64,000 nucleotides of DNA from NCBI RefSeq assembly GCF_002696485.1, contig NZ_NZTP01000062.1. One strand, written 5' to 3'. Position 1 is the stretch's first letter; each line of letters begins with the position of its first letter. The notes beneath the pieces were generated by a model. That model was not told where the DNA came from. It searched no databases and was given only the letters and a program-made list of their open reading frames with translations. Source of the stretch: Altibacter sp. (GTDB lineage Bacteria > Bacteroidota > Bacteroidia > Flavobacteriales > Flavobacteriaceae). Positions 29,762 to 38,828 of the stretch are shown here, one piece after another. Position numbers and translations under genes: made by a program.

Positions 29762-30115
29762 AATCAAACTAACCAACTATGAAAACAATTAATAGGGAGT
29801 ATTGTCTCTTGAAATTCAACTAAAGGGCTTTTACTTTTCAACTCCCCAGTTTACTCAAGTAAAAGCCTTTAGCTGAGGTAAATAAAATGAAATTAACACT
29901 GTAAATTTTCAGGTTTTTTCCTTCAATTGCAACACAACACAAACGCCATTCTTGAATAGCCAGTCTCTATTCACGAATCACGACCACACCACACGGACGT
30001 AAATAATTGGCAGGCAGTTAATTATAATTACATCGTCCGGATTTCTTCAATCGTTCACAAATAGAAGAGTACAAGGTTATTTTTTTATAACTTTAGAACG
30101 TAAGTGATTTCTTTC

Positions 30116-31852
30116 ATGCGCTACCTTGTCTACATACTCCTTTTTTTTGGAAGTCTTTCTGCCCTACAGGCACAATCTAAGCTGCCGCAAAACCTGCTGT
30201 CATTGGGAGATGAGGAATTGTTGGCTTTATTTAATGAAATGGATGGGGATTCGATTGCGCAGGAGCGCGTTGCACGCACTTATTTAAACAGAGCCCGAAA
30301 AGAAAAAGACACTATTAAAATGGCGCGCGGCTACGATCGCCTGGCGCGTATCTTTCATCACGAGAAGAACATCATGTTTGCGGACAGTATCATTGCGTTA
30401 ACTGAGGATATGAAACATATAACGTATCCTGCGTTGGGGTATATTATTAAGGGAAATCAATTTTATTTACTTGGAGATTTAACAAAATCGACTACTGCTT
30501 ATTTAAAGGCATATGAGATTGCTATTGAACAAGAAAATATTCAACAGCAAGTTTTTATAATGGACCTCTTAATCTTTGCAAAATCAATTTGGGGTAATAA
30601 AAATGACGCTCTTGAACTTCAGCATAGAAGATTTAACATTTTGCAAAGTGAAAATTATAAGAATGAAATAAAAAAAGCAACGCGTAAGGGAGCAAATATT
30701 GATATCGAGCAGTTATTCATAGAAGATGAGATAGTTGCCCTAGAAAATTATATATTTTGTTACATGAATCTGAATAAATTAGATTCAGTAAAAGTATACT
30801 TTAAAAGAGTTTATGATAAAATGGATAAATATAATTGGGTAAATAAAGATACTCATTTAAACTGGTTAAAGTTGACAGAATTGGAATTGCATTATAGGGA
30901 TCGTAATTACACTAAGGCGTTAAATCAGGCTGATAGTATACTCAAAGCTAAAGAACATGATGATTTTACATTATTCAATTTATTTTTATTTAAAGGGTTG
31001 GCTAACTTAGAACTCGATAATATATTAAAAGGAATTGAATCTCTTAAATCTGCCGATTCGATAGTAGATAATTCTGAAGTACTATTAAGACCATTCGATA
31101 GAGTTTTATATGAAAAACTCTTAAGTTTTTATGAGAGTACAGATAGCACTGAGAAAAGAATAGAGTATCTTACTAAATTAATTTATTTAGATAGTGTTTT
31201 TAAAATAAAGTACCAATATTTCGATCCTCAACTAATTAAAAATTATGAAACTCCTTTACTATTGGCAGAAAAAGAAGAGTTAATTAATGAACTCCAACTT
31301 AAAAACAAATCCGCCAATACATCTAAATGGGCCATCGTAGGATTGCTGTTTTTTAGTACACTCGGTTTTTTTTATTACTTCAAAAGGCAATTAATTTATA
31401 AAAGAAGATTTGAGAAGTTGGTTGTCTATTCGGAGAATGGAACAAATCATAAGAGGGGAGAGTCGAGCGTTCAAACAAAACCTTCAGGAGAACTAATTGA
31501 AAATATTCTTAGCAATCTTTCAGACTTTGAACGTAAAAGAGAATACCTCTCACCTAAGATATCCCTTGGGTACTTGGCCAAACGGTTTGATACCAATTCT
31601 AAGTACCTTTCGCAAGTGATCAATTTGGAGAAGGATAAGAATTTCACGCAATACATCAATGATCTAAGGGTCACCTATGCCTTTAAAGAACTGGCGGCAA
31701 ACCCCACCTTTAGAAAGTTTACCATAAAAGCGATCGCTAACGAGTGCGGTTTTAAGACAGGGGAATCCTTTTCACGGGCATTTTATAAAAAGTTTGGAAT
31801 TTATCCTTCCTATTATCTTAAAAGTCTGGAGAAGAAGCAGTCTGCCAATTAG
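30116..31852 (+). CDS. TPR-repeat protein with one TM helix and a C-terminal AraC-type HTH domain
   Basis: ATG 30116 gives signal-like MRYLVYILLFFGSLSALQA. A long TPR-like repeat region follows, then TM WAIVGLLFFSTLGFFYYF and the AraC motif IANECGFKTGESFSRAFYKKFGIYPS. Confidence 0.8.
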   Translation: MRYLVYILLFFGSLSALQAQSKLPQNLLSLGDEELLALFNEMDGDSIAQERVARTYLNRARKEKDTIKMARGYDRLARIFHHEKNIMFADSIIALTEDMKHITYPALGYIIKGNQFYLLGDLTKSTTAYLKAYEIAIEQENIQQQVFIMDLLIFAKSIWGNKNDALELQHRRFNILQSENYKNEIKKATRKGANIDIEQLFIEDEIVALENYIFCYMNLNKLDSVKVYFKRVYDKMDKYNWVNKDTHLNWLKLTELELHYRDRNYTKALNQADSILKAKEHDDFTLFNLFLFKGLANLELDNILKGIESLKSADSIVDNSEVLLRPFDRVLYEKLLSFYESTDSTEKRIEYLTKLIYLDSVFKIKYQYFDPQLIKNYETPLLLAEKEELINELQLKNKSANTSKWAIVGLLFFSTLGFFYYFKRQLIYKRRFEKLVVYSENGTNHKRGESSVQTKPSGELIENILSNLSDFERKREYLSPKISLGYLAKRFDTNSKYLSQVINLEKDKNFTQYINDLRVTYAFKELAANPTFRKFTIKAIANECGFKTGESFSRAFYKKFGIYPSYYLKSLEKKQSAN

Positions 31853-32229
31853 GGTTCCTCTTGTACCTCTGCCGAAAGCACAGTGGCCTTTTTTTCACAA
31901 TTTTCCACGAATATCTTCAATTCCTTTGAGTTAACAGTTCCTTCAATCGTGTACTGTTTGCAGGAATCTAGCGTCGTATTGCTTTCAGAAAAAAGCACAT
32001 TCCCCTCTTGAAGTAAGACACTAACAACAGCGGTGTCGATACTATGATTACGCAATGTTCGAATGGCAGCATCTGAGATCGTTCGTTCTTTCAGCCTGAT
32101 ATTCTTTAAGGTGCGGGCATTGGGTCCGTAATCACAGGAAGCGCGTTTTCCGCCTAGAAAAAAAAGTAAAATAACGATACCAATACTGAATCCTCCCAGA
32201 TAATAGGCGATACGATGTGCTAATTTCAT
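31849..32229 (-). CDS. Membrane-anchored protein of unknown function
   Basis: 126 aa with an N-terminal TM helix, YYLGGFSIGIVILLFFL. It has a 4-nt convergent overlap with the AraC-type gene. Confidence 0.5.
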   Translation of the reverse strand: MKLAHRIAYYLGGFSIGIVILLFFLGGKRASCDYGPNARTLKNIRLKERTISDAAIRTLRNHSIDTAVVSVLLQEGNVLFSESNTTLDSCKQYTIEGTVNSKELKIFVENCEKKATVLSAEVQEEP

Positions 32230-32235
32230 GTTTGT

Positions 32236-33435
32236 TTAAAATATAAGTAGGTTGATATCACTGTAGGAAAGATCGAACCATTCGGCTACCGACTGACTTG
32301 TAAGTATGCCGCGGTAAAAATACAACCCATTTCGCAAACCACTGTCAAATCGAATGGCATTTTCCAGTCCGCCGCATTCGGCAATATCCAATAGGTAGGG
32401 CGTGAAAATATTACTGATCGCAATAGAAGCTGTTTTCGGATAACGTGCCGGAATGTTGGGCACCCCATAATGTATCACTCCGTATTTAATTTGCGTCGGT
32501 TCTTTGTGAGAGGTCATTTCGGTCGTTTCAAAGCAGCCGCCCATATCCACACTCACATCAATAACCACCGCGCCATTCTTCATATTCTCCACCATGGTCT
32601 TGGATACAATGATAGGGGAACGGTCTTTTCCGCGTACTGCACCAATCGCCACATCACAGCGACGCAGGGCTTTCATAAGATTTTTAGGTTGTAGGGTAGA
32701 GGTATACAGGGTTCTGCCGACATTGCACTGCAGATTGCGCAATTTAGTGATGGAGCTGTCAAAAACCTTTACGTTCGCTCCTAGCCCTAAAGCTGACCGA
32801 ACCGCAAATTCACCTACCGTGCCGGCGCCTATCACCACGACTTCCACGGGAGGCACACCGCTAATATTGCCGAACAGCAAGCCATTCCCTGCTTTGGCAT
32901 TGACCATGATCTCTGCCGCCACCAATACCGATGCCGTTCCTGCGATCTCACTCAAAGCTTTAACCACGGGGTAGCTGTGGTCTTCGTCCTTTATGAATTC
33001 GAATGCCAAAGCCGTGATCTTCTTTTTAGCCAAGGCATCAAAATACTTTTTTTGTTGTGTTTTTAGTTGCAAGGCAGAAATGATCACCGTCTTAGGCTTG
33101 ATGAGTTCGATCTCTTCCAGGGTGGGGGGTTCCACCTTGAGAATGATTGGACATTCGAACACTTGCGTTCGATCTTTGGTAATTTTCGCACCGGCTTCAC
33201 TGTACTGCTGATCGGAATAGCCGGCCTCGTCTCCGGCAGACGCTTCCAGCAGAACGCGATGTCCGTTATTTACGATGGCCCCTACGGCATCGGGTGTTAA
33301 ACAAATGCGTTTTTCTTGAAAGTAGGTTTCTTTCGGAATTCCGATAAACAGTTCTCCCTGTTGTTTGAAGACTTCCAGTTTCTCTTCTTGGGGAAGCAGT
33401 TGGGCTTTGGTGAACGGTGAATTGGATGTGGCCAT
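32236..33435 (-). CDS. Alanine dehydrogenase / PNT-family NAD(H) dehydrogenase
   Basis: 399 aa with Rossmann motif VVVIGAGTVGEFA and an AlaDH/PNT N- and C-domain layout. Confidence 0.78.
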   Translation of the reverse strand: MATSNSPFTKAQLLPQEEKLEVFKQQGELFIGIPKETYFQEKRICLTPDAVGAIVNNGHRVLLEASAGDEAGYSDQQYSEAGAKITKDRTQVFECPIILKVEPPTLEEIELIKPKTVIISALQLKTQQKKYFDALAKKKITALAFEFIKDEDHSYPVVKALSEIAGTASVLVAAEIMVNAKAGNGLLFGNISGVPPVEVVVIGAGTVGEFAVRSALGLGANVKVFDSSITKLRNLQCNVGRTLYTSTLQPKNLMKALRRCDVAIGAVRGKDRSPIIVSKTMVENMKNGAVVIDVSVDMGGCFETTEMTSHKEPTQIKYGVIHYGVPNIPARYPKTASIAISNIFTPYLLDIAECGGLENAIRFDSGLRNGLYFYRGILTSQSVAEWFDLSYSDINLLIF

Positions 33436-33495
33436 AGGTGCTACAGGTTGGTAGTACCAAGGTACATATTTAATTTAAAATGTAAAACTTACCGA

Positions 33496-34023
33496 TTAGC
33501 GAAATAGGTCTTTGATTTGTTCAAAGGTGGATTTCTTTGCCATAAGATCTTCTTCAAATGATTTAAGGTCATTACCCCTTACTTGATTAAAAAGCTTAGC
33601 GCGAATTAGATAAACCGCAGGAACAATAATAAGCATAAGCGGTACCAAGTAAACTAATTCCAGTTCGTCTAAATTATTACTTTCATTGATTACCCCCCAC
33701 AATTGGAAGGCATACATGGCAATAGGAACGAGGATGATCCAGTGCCACCAATGACGACACGTAAAGAACCATAATAATAGAAGGTACAATGGTATGGCTT
33801 TGCCAGTAAAATACCAAGCAAACGAATACCAATCAGGAAAACTTGTAGTAGCTGTAAAAAAAGAAGTTTCCCAAACTTGAGTGTCCGGGAAACTTTTGTA
33901 GGAATAAAATAAGAAGGGGGAAATTGCTACTAGTAATACAATTAACCCACCTACAACTAATGATCTTTTACCCGTTTTGGAGGGGCTTAAGTGTTTTGTC
34001 GACTTGTTGTGGTGTTTGTCCAT
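33496..34023 (-). CDS. Trp-rich polytopic membrane protein of unknown function
   Basis: 175 aa with 4 hydrophobic helices. Only one in-frame start is available. Confidence 0.55.
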   Translation of the reverse strand: MDKHHNKSTKHLSPSKTGKRSLVVGGLIVLLVAISPFLFYSYKSFPDTQVWETSFFTATTSFPDWYSFAWYFTGKAIPLYLLLLWFFTCRHWWHWIILVPIAMYAFQLWGVINESNNLDELELVYLVPLMLIIVPAVYLIRAKLFNQVRGNDLKSFEEDLMAKKSTFEQIKDLFR

Positions 34024-34105
34024 CTTCTATGCTTTCCGGAGTACAAGAGATAAATAATCCAGCCCCGAAAATTGCAACGATTAAAAAGTACTTTGTTAAT
34101 TTCAT
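33968..34105 (-). CDS. Candidate 45-aa lipoprotein ORF (below the track size cutoff)
   Basis: My translation is MKLTKYFLIVAIFGAGLFISCTPESIEDGQTPQQVDKTLKPLQNG*. It has a clean signal peptide and lipobox. It overlaps the start of the downstream ORF by 56 nt in another frame. Confidence 0.3.
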   Translation of the reverse strand: MKLTKYFLIVAIFGAGLFISCTPESIEDGQTPQQVDKTLKPLQNG

Positions 34106-34287
34106 AATATTTGTTTTTGTGAGGTTTATCATACAAACCTAGCACGAAAAAAAACAAGTATTTCAAGTATGTTCGCCGTATCTTTATAAGTTAACCTTAA
34201 GCCAAAAAAAGTCCTGCTTAAAACTACTGCGATTTGGGGCGAGCATGATTAAGAATCCTTGTGTTTACTATGAAATTTCGTTGCAAT

Positions 34288-34701
34288 TTATTTCACCGGC
34301 ATCATTTTTAACGTTCTACTTCCGTTTTGGTTTTTTGTTAGTTGTATGCTTGTACTGTCCTTTGGTAATAATTTTTCAATTTTATTTGGCCATTCAATAA
34401 AATTCCAATGACCTGAATAAAAATAATCTTCTATTCCTATATCCATCGCTTCTTCATTGCTCTCGATTCGGTAAAAATCGAAGTGATATAACATATCATC
34501 TTTCAGCATATATTCATTCACAATAGAAAATGTTGGGCTCGTAACTGTATCAGTCACACCTAAGTGCTCTGCAAGTGCCTTGATAAGCGTAGTTTTTCCT
34601 ACACCCATATCTCCATAAAATAGTAAGGTCTTGGTGGGGGCTGCCAACAAGAGTTGATCGGCTATTGCCGGAATGTCTTGGAGAGTATATGTCAACTGCA
34701 T
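34288..34701 (-). CDS. tsaE: tRNA t6A37 biosynthesis ATPase TsaE
   Basis: Trimmed to ATG 34701 (MQLTYTL). The Walker A motif is GDMGVGKTT, with SPTF and the HFDFYR motif. Confidence 0.85.
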   Translation of the reverse strand: MQLTYTLQDIPAIADQLLLAAPTKTLLFYGDMGVGKTTLIKALAEHLGVTDTVTSPTFSIVNEYMLKDDMLYHFDFYRIESNEEAMDIGIEDYFYSGHWNFIEWPNKIEKLLPKDSTSIQLTKNQNGSRTLKMMPVK

Positions 34702-34792
34702 GTCACTAGATTGCGAGCAAATATAGAATAATTTCTCGATTATTAACAAAAAATATCGATTATCTGTATCTAAATAAGAAAATTCCTACAAA

Positions 34793-36343
34793 TTATTTAG
34801 GTTCCAATACGGCAAAGGGAATGATCATCTCTTCCAAAGAAACACCGCCGTGCTGATACGTGTTGCGATAATAACTCACGTAATGATTGTAATTATTGGG
34901 ATACGCAAAGAATAGATCACCTTTTGCAAAAATGAATGAACTACTCATATTTATAGTAGGCAAGTGTATCTTTTTAGGGTCTCTGGCGGCCAATACATCC
35001 TTATCTTCATAGGTAAGACTCTTACCTGTCTTATAGCGTAAATTGAGGCTGGTATTCTTATCACCAATCACTTTAGAAGGATTTTTCACGTTGATAGTGC
35101 CATGATCGGTGGTAAGGATCAATTTAAAGCCTAATTGGGCTGCTTGCTGGATAATCTCCATGAGGGGAGAGTTCTTAAACCAACTTTGTGTAAGCGAACG
35201 GTAGGATTTATCGTTGGAAGCCAATTCTTTGATCACTTCCATTTCCGTTTTGGAGTGCGAAAGCATATCCACGAAATTATATACGACTACCGTAAGATCC
35301 TCATCCTTATGCGTCTTAAAATTCTCCACAAGTCGCTTTCCTTGTTTTAAACTGGAAATTTTATGATAACTCCAATTTACTTGCAACCCCAGGCGTTTTA
35401 ACTGTGCTTCTAGAAATTGCTCTTCGAACATGTTCTTGCCGCCTTCTTCGGTATCGTTGAGCCAATAATCCGGATGCAGTTTTTCCATTTCGCTGGGCAT
35501 TAACCCGCTGAAAATGGCATTACGGGCATATTGTGTCGCTGTTGGAAGGATGCTGTAGAACAGTTCTTCGTGCGTCTTCTTATAACTACTCTTTAAAAAG
35601 GGTTCAAATGCCTTCCATTGGTCGTAGCGCAAGTTGTCAATGACTACAAACAGGGTCTGTTGTCGATCTTTTAGCTGTGGGACGACCTTTTCTTTGAATA
35701 AGGTGTGCGACATCACAGGAGCATCATTGCCGCTCTCGAACCAAGCCGGGTAATGCTTGTCGATGAATTTACAGAACTGGCTGTTAGCCTCTATCTTCTG
35801 AGATTCCAAGATCTCAAACATTCCGGTATCTTCTATGTTCTCCAACTCTAATTCCCAATACACAAGTTTTTGATACAGTTCGGCCCAACCTTCAAACGTA
35901 TTGATCATGGACATATCCATGGCGATCTTACGGAATTCTTGTTGGTAATTGGAAGTGGTCTTTTCTGAAATTAAGCGCGAATGATCCAAGTTCTTCTTCA
36001 AACTAAGAAGGATCTGATTGGGATTTACCGGCTTGATAAGATAGTCGGCGATCTTCGATCCAATGGCTTCTTCCATGATGTACTCTTCCTCGCTCTTTGT
36101 GATCATTACCACGGGAAGGGCAGCCTGATATTCTTTGATCTCGGCTAACGTCTCCAAACCGGTAAGTCCGGGCATGTTCTCGTCCAAAAAGACGATGTCA
36201 AAATTCTGATTCTTAATTTCAACGAGCGCTTCGGTACCACTTTGTGCCGTAGTTACCTTATAGTTCTTATTTTCAAGAAAAATGATATGGGGTTTTAGCA
36301 AATCAATTTCGTCGTCTACCCAAAGTACTTTAATGTCGCTCAT
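34793..36343 (-). CDS. porX: PorX-type response regulator (REC domain fused to PglZ/alkaline-phosphatase-like domain)
   Basis: Trimmed to ATG 36343 (MSDIKVLWVDDEIDLL). The REC domain has the acidic pocket DDE..D. The C-terminal PglZ-like domain has TTDHGT. At about 516 aa, it matches the size of PorX of type IX secretion regulation. Confidence 0.8.
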   Translation of the reverse strand: MSDIKVLWVDDEIDLLKPHIIFLENKNYKVTTAQSGTEALVEIKNQNFDIVFLDENMPGLTGLETLAEIKEYQAALPVVMITKSEEEYIMEEAIGSKIADYLIKPVNPNQILLSLKKNLDHSRLISEKTTSNYQQEFRKIAMDMSMINTFEGWAELYQKLVYWELELENIEDTGMFEILESQKIEANSQFCKFIDKHYPAWFESGNDAPVMSHTLFKEKVVPQLKDRQQTLFVVIDNLRYDQWKAFEPFLKSSYKKTHEELFYSILPTATQYARNAIFSGLMPSEMEKLHPDYWLNDTEEGGKNMFEEQFLEAQLKRLGLQVNWSYHKISSLKQGKRLVENFKTHKDEDLTVVVYNFVDMLSHSKTEMEVIKELASNDKSYRSLTQSWFKNSPLMEIIQQAAQLGFKLILTTDHGTINVKNPSKVIGDKNTSLNLRYKTGKSLTYEDKDVLAARDPKKIHLPTINMSSSFIFAKGDLFFAYPNNYNHYVSYYRNTYQHGGVSLEEMIIPFAVLEPK

Positions 36344-36459
36344 ATATGTATATTTGTTTATTATTGGAATCGTTGTTGAGAGATTCTCTACGTACCTTTC
36401 AAAATTAATTCCAAAGTCACGCACAGAAGTGCGTTTCATTACTAATTAAAAGTTAAAGT

Positions 36460-37689
36460 TTGAATTCCACAGGCAAACTCAAAATTATAAACGACCCCAT
36501 CTATGGTTTTATTACCATACCTAACACCTTGGTCTTTCAATTAATCGAGCACACCTATTTTCAAAGGTTGCGTCGAATTTCTCAAATGGGGATGTCGTAT
36601 TTGGTATATCCTGGGGCGCACCATACTCGTTTTCACCATGCACTGGGCGCCATGTTTCTTATGCAACGGGCCGTTCAAGTCCTGCGGCAAAAGGGTGTTG
36701 CCATTTCAAACGATGAAGAAGAGGCGTTGTGTGTTGCGATTCTCTTACACGATATTGGACACGGACCTTTCTCCCACGCTATGGAGCACAGCATCGTTGA
36801 AAATGTAAGCCACGAGTATATTTCTCTCTTGTTTATGGAGGAATTGAATCGAAACTTTAACAACAGATTAACGCTGGCGATACGAATATTCAAGGATGAA
36901 TACGACCGAAAATTCCTGCATCAGCTTATTTCTGGACAGTTAGATATGGACCGATTGGATTACTTGCGTCGCGATAGCTTCTATACAGGGGTTCAAGAAG
37001 GAACCGTTAATTCTCAGCGTCTTATTACGATGCTGAATGTTCACAAGGACACCTTAGTGGTCGAAGAGAAGGGCGTTTATTCGGTTGAAAAATTCATCAT
37101 TGCACGTCGTTTTATGTATTGGCAGGTCTATTTACACAAAACAGGTATCGTTGCAGAACAATTGTTAATGAATCTTCTTAAGCGTGCGAAAGAACTAACA
37201 CAAAGGGGTCACCAATTACCGGCCAGCGAAGCTTTGTCCTTTTTTCTGAAGAACCCTATCGATAAAGCTCAATTTTCAAAGGAAGTCTTGGACACTTTTG
37301 CAAAACTGGACGATTACGATATTGTTTCGGCGATGAAATCCTGGATGACCCACGACGATTTTGTACTCCGCAATTTAGCTGAAATGCTTTTAAACAGAGA
37401 CCTACTCAAGATCAAGATCAAAAAGAAACCTTTTTCAGAAATACAGATTCAAGAAAAGAGGAGTGCATTAAAAGAAAAGTACAATTTGAGTGACGCTGAA
37501 GCCAAATATTTTGTTTTTAACGGGGAAATAGAGAATCTGGCTTATAGAATGGATAAAGATGCGATTTACCTGCTTACAAAAACAGGGAAAGTGGTAGATG
37601 TGGCTAAGGCCAGCGATCAACTTAACTTAAAAGCATTATCTAAAACCGTAGTGAAATATTATCTGTGCTACCCAAAACCGAAATACTAA
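36460..37689 (+). CDS. HD-domain phosphohydrolase (dNTP triphosphohydrolase-like)
   Basis: 409 aa with a TTG start. The motifs are HTRFHHALG, LLHDIGHGPFSH and DMDRLDYLRRD. Confidence 0.8.
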   Translation: MNSTGKLKIINDPIYGFITIPNTLVFQLIEHTYFQRLRRISQMGMSYLVYPGAHHTRFHHALGAMFLMQRAVQVLRQKGVAISNDEEEALCVAILLHDIGHGPFSHAMEHSIVENVSHEYISLLFMEELNRNFNNRLTLAIRIFKDEYDRKFLHQLISGQLDMDRLDYLRRDSFYTGVQEGTVNSQRLITMLNVHKDTLVVEEKGVYSVEKFIIARRFMYWQVYLHKTGIVAEQLLMNLLKRAKELTQRGHQLPASEALSFFLKNPIDKAQFSKEVLDTFAKLDDYDIVSAMKSWMTHDDFVLRNLAEMLLNRDLLKIKIKKKPFSEIQIQEKRSALKEKYNLSDAEAKYFVFNGEIENLAYRMDKDAIYLLTKTGKVVDVAKASDQLNLKALSKTVVKYYLCYPKPKY

Positions 37690-37700
37690 TCCTTTTTTTC

Positions 37701-37708
37701 TATTTTTG
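37701..37708 (+). promoter_or_regulatory. -7 promoter box (TAnnTTTG) upstream of the lipid A cluster
   Basis: TATTTTTG lies about 90 nt upstream of the lpxD ATG. Confidence 0.3.
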
Positions 37709-37798
37709 CATGGGTATCAAAAATAATGCGCTATTAATTTTTGATTTTGAAGGATTTATGTCGTAAAGCACAGCCAAAGAACAGTAACAACTCGTTAA

Positions 37799-38824
37799 AT
37801 GAAATTTACAGCAGCCCAAATCGCAGGAATTCTTAATGGTGAAGTTGACGGAAATGAAGACGTAGAAGTTTCGAAACTTGCAAAGATTGAGGAAGGCAGC
37901 GAAGGAAGTCTTACCTTTCTAGCCAATCCTAAGTACACACATTTTATCTATTCTACCGATGCTTCCATTACCATAGTGGACAAGGGCTTCGTTGCTGAAA
38001 ATTCCATTTCAACAACATTGATCCGCGTGGAGAACGCTTACAAAGCGTTTTCACAGTTGTTAGAATATTACAATCAGGTGAAGATGAATAAAACGGGCAT
38101 TGAGAAGCCGGTTTTTATTTCTGAAAGTGCTACTTACGGAGAAAATATTTACGTGGGTGCCTTTGCCTATATTGGAGAGAACGTATCTATAGGGGAGAAC
38201 GTGAAGATTTATCCTAATGTATATATAGGAGACAATGTTACTTTGGGGGACAATGTGGTAGTTTTTGCCGGTGCTAAGATCTATTCTGAATCGATCGTTG
38301 GAAATCATTGTGTAATACACAGCGGTGTGATCTTGGGAGCAGACGGCTTTGGGTTCACACCTAATGATAAAGGAGAGTACACTAAAGTACCGCAAACGGG
38401 TAACGTGATATTGGAAGATAATGTGGATATTGGAGCAGGTACTACCATAGACCGTGCGACCTTAGGATCTACGGTGATTCGAAAAGGGGTCAAACTGGAT
38501 AACCAAATACAGATAGCCCATAATGTAGAAATTGGTGAGAATACAGTCATTGCCGCACAAACGGGCATTGCCGGGTCAACAAAGATTGGTCGTAATTGTA
38601 TGATTGGCGGCCAAGTGGGTATCGTTGGGCATATTACCATTGGTGATAATGTGCGAATACAGGCGCAAAGCGGAATTGGACGAAATGTAAAGGATAACGA
38701 GACCTTACAAGGCTCTCCCGCATTAAATTACGGCGATTTCAACAAAAGTTATGTACACTTCAAGAATCTTCCCAAATTTGTCGAACGATTTAATACTTTT
38801 GAAAAAAAAATAAACAATGACTGA
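37799..38824 (+). CDS. lpxD: UDP-3-O-acylglucosamine N-acyltransferase
   Basis: 341 aa with [16 protein letters not shown] and a long left-handed beta-helix of hexapeptide repeats. Confidence 0.9.
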   Translation: MKFTAAQIAGILNGEVDGNEDVEVSKLAKIEEGSEGSLTFLANPKYTHFIYSTDASITIVDKGFVAENSISTTLIRVENAYKAFSQLLEYYNQVKMNKTGIEKPVFISESATYGENIYVGAFAYIGENVSIGENVKIYPNVYIGDNVTLGDNVVVFAGAKIYSESIVGNHCVIHSGVILGADGFGFTPNDKGEYTKVPQTGNVILEDNVDIGAGTTIDRATLGSTVIRKGVKLDNQIQIAHNVEIGENTVIAAQTGIAGSTKIGRNCMIGGQVGIVGHITIGDNVRIQAQSGIGRNVKDNETLQGSPALNYGDFNKSYVHFKNLPKFVERFNTFEKKINND

Positions 38825-38828
38825 CTGC

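Noticed and set aside
30116-31852. The AT-rich TPR/AraC gene and its long upstream spacer could be a horizontally acquired island or mobile element.
   Set aside because: I saw no integrase, transposase, flanking direct repeats or tRNA target. The gene type is a common chromosomal paralog family in flavobacteria. It is kept only as a low-interest compositional note.
34793-36343. A PglZ domain suggested a BREX-like or other phage-defence component.
   Set aside because: The PglZ domain is fused to a CheY-like receiver, which is the PorX architecture. No BrxC/PglX/PglY-type ATPase, methyltransferase or other defence partner is nearby. The neighbours are housekeeping genes (tsaE, lpx genes).
36460-37689. 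The HD-domain dNTPase-like protein could be an antiviral dNTP-depletion defence gene.
   Set aside because: It stands alone immediately upstream of the lipid A cluster in a core-gene context. There are no mobile or defence neighbours. Nothing in the sequence distinguishes it from housekeeping HD phosphohydrolases.
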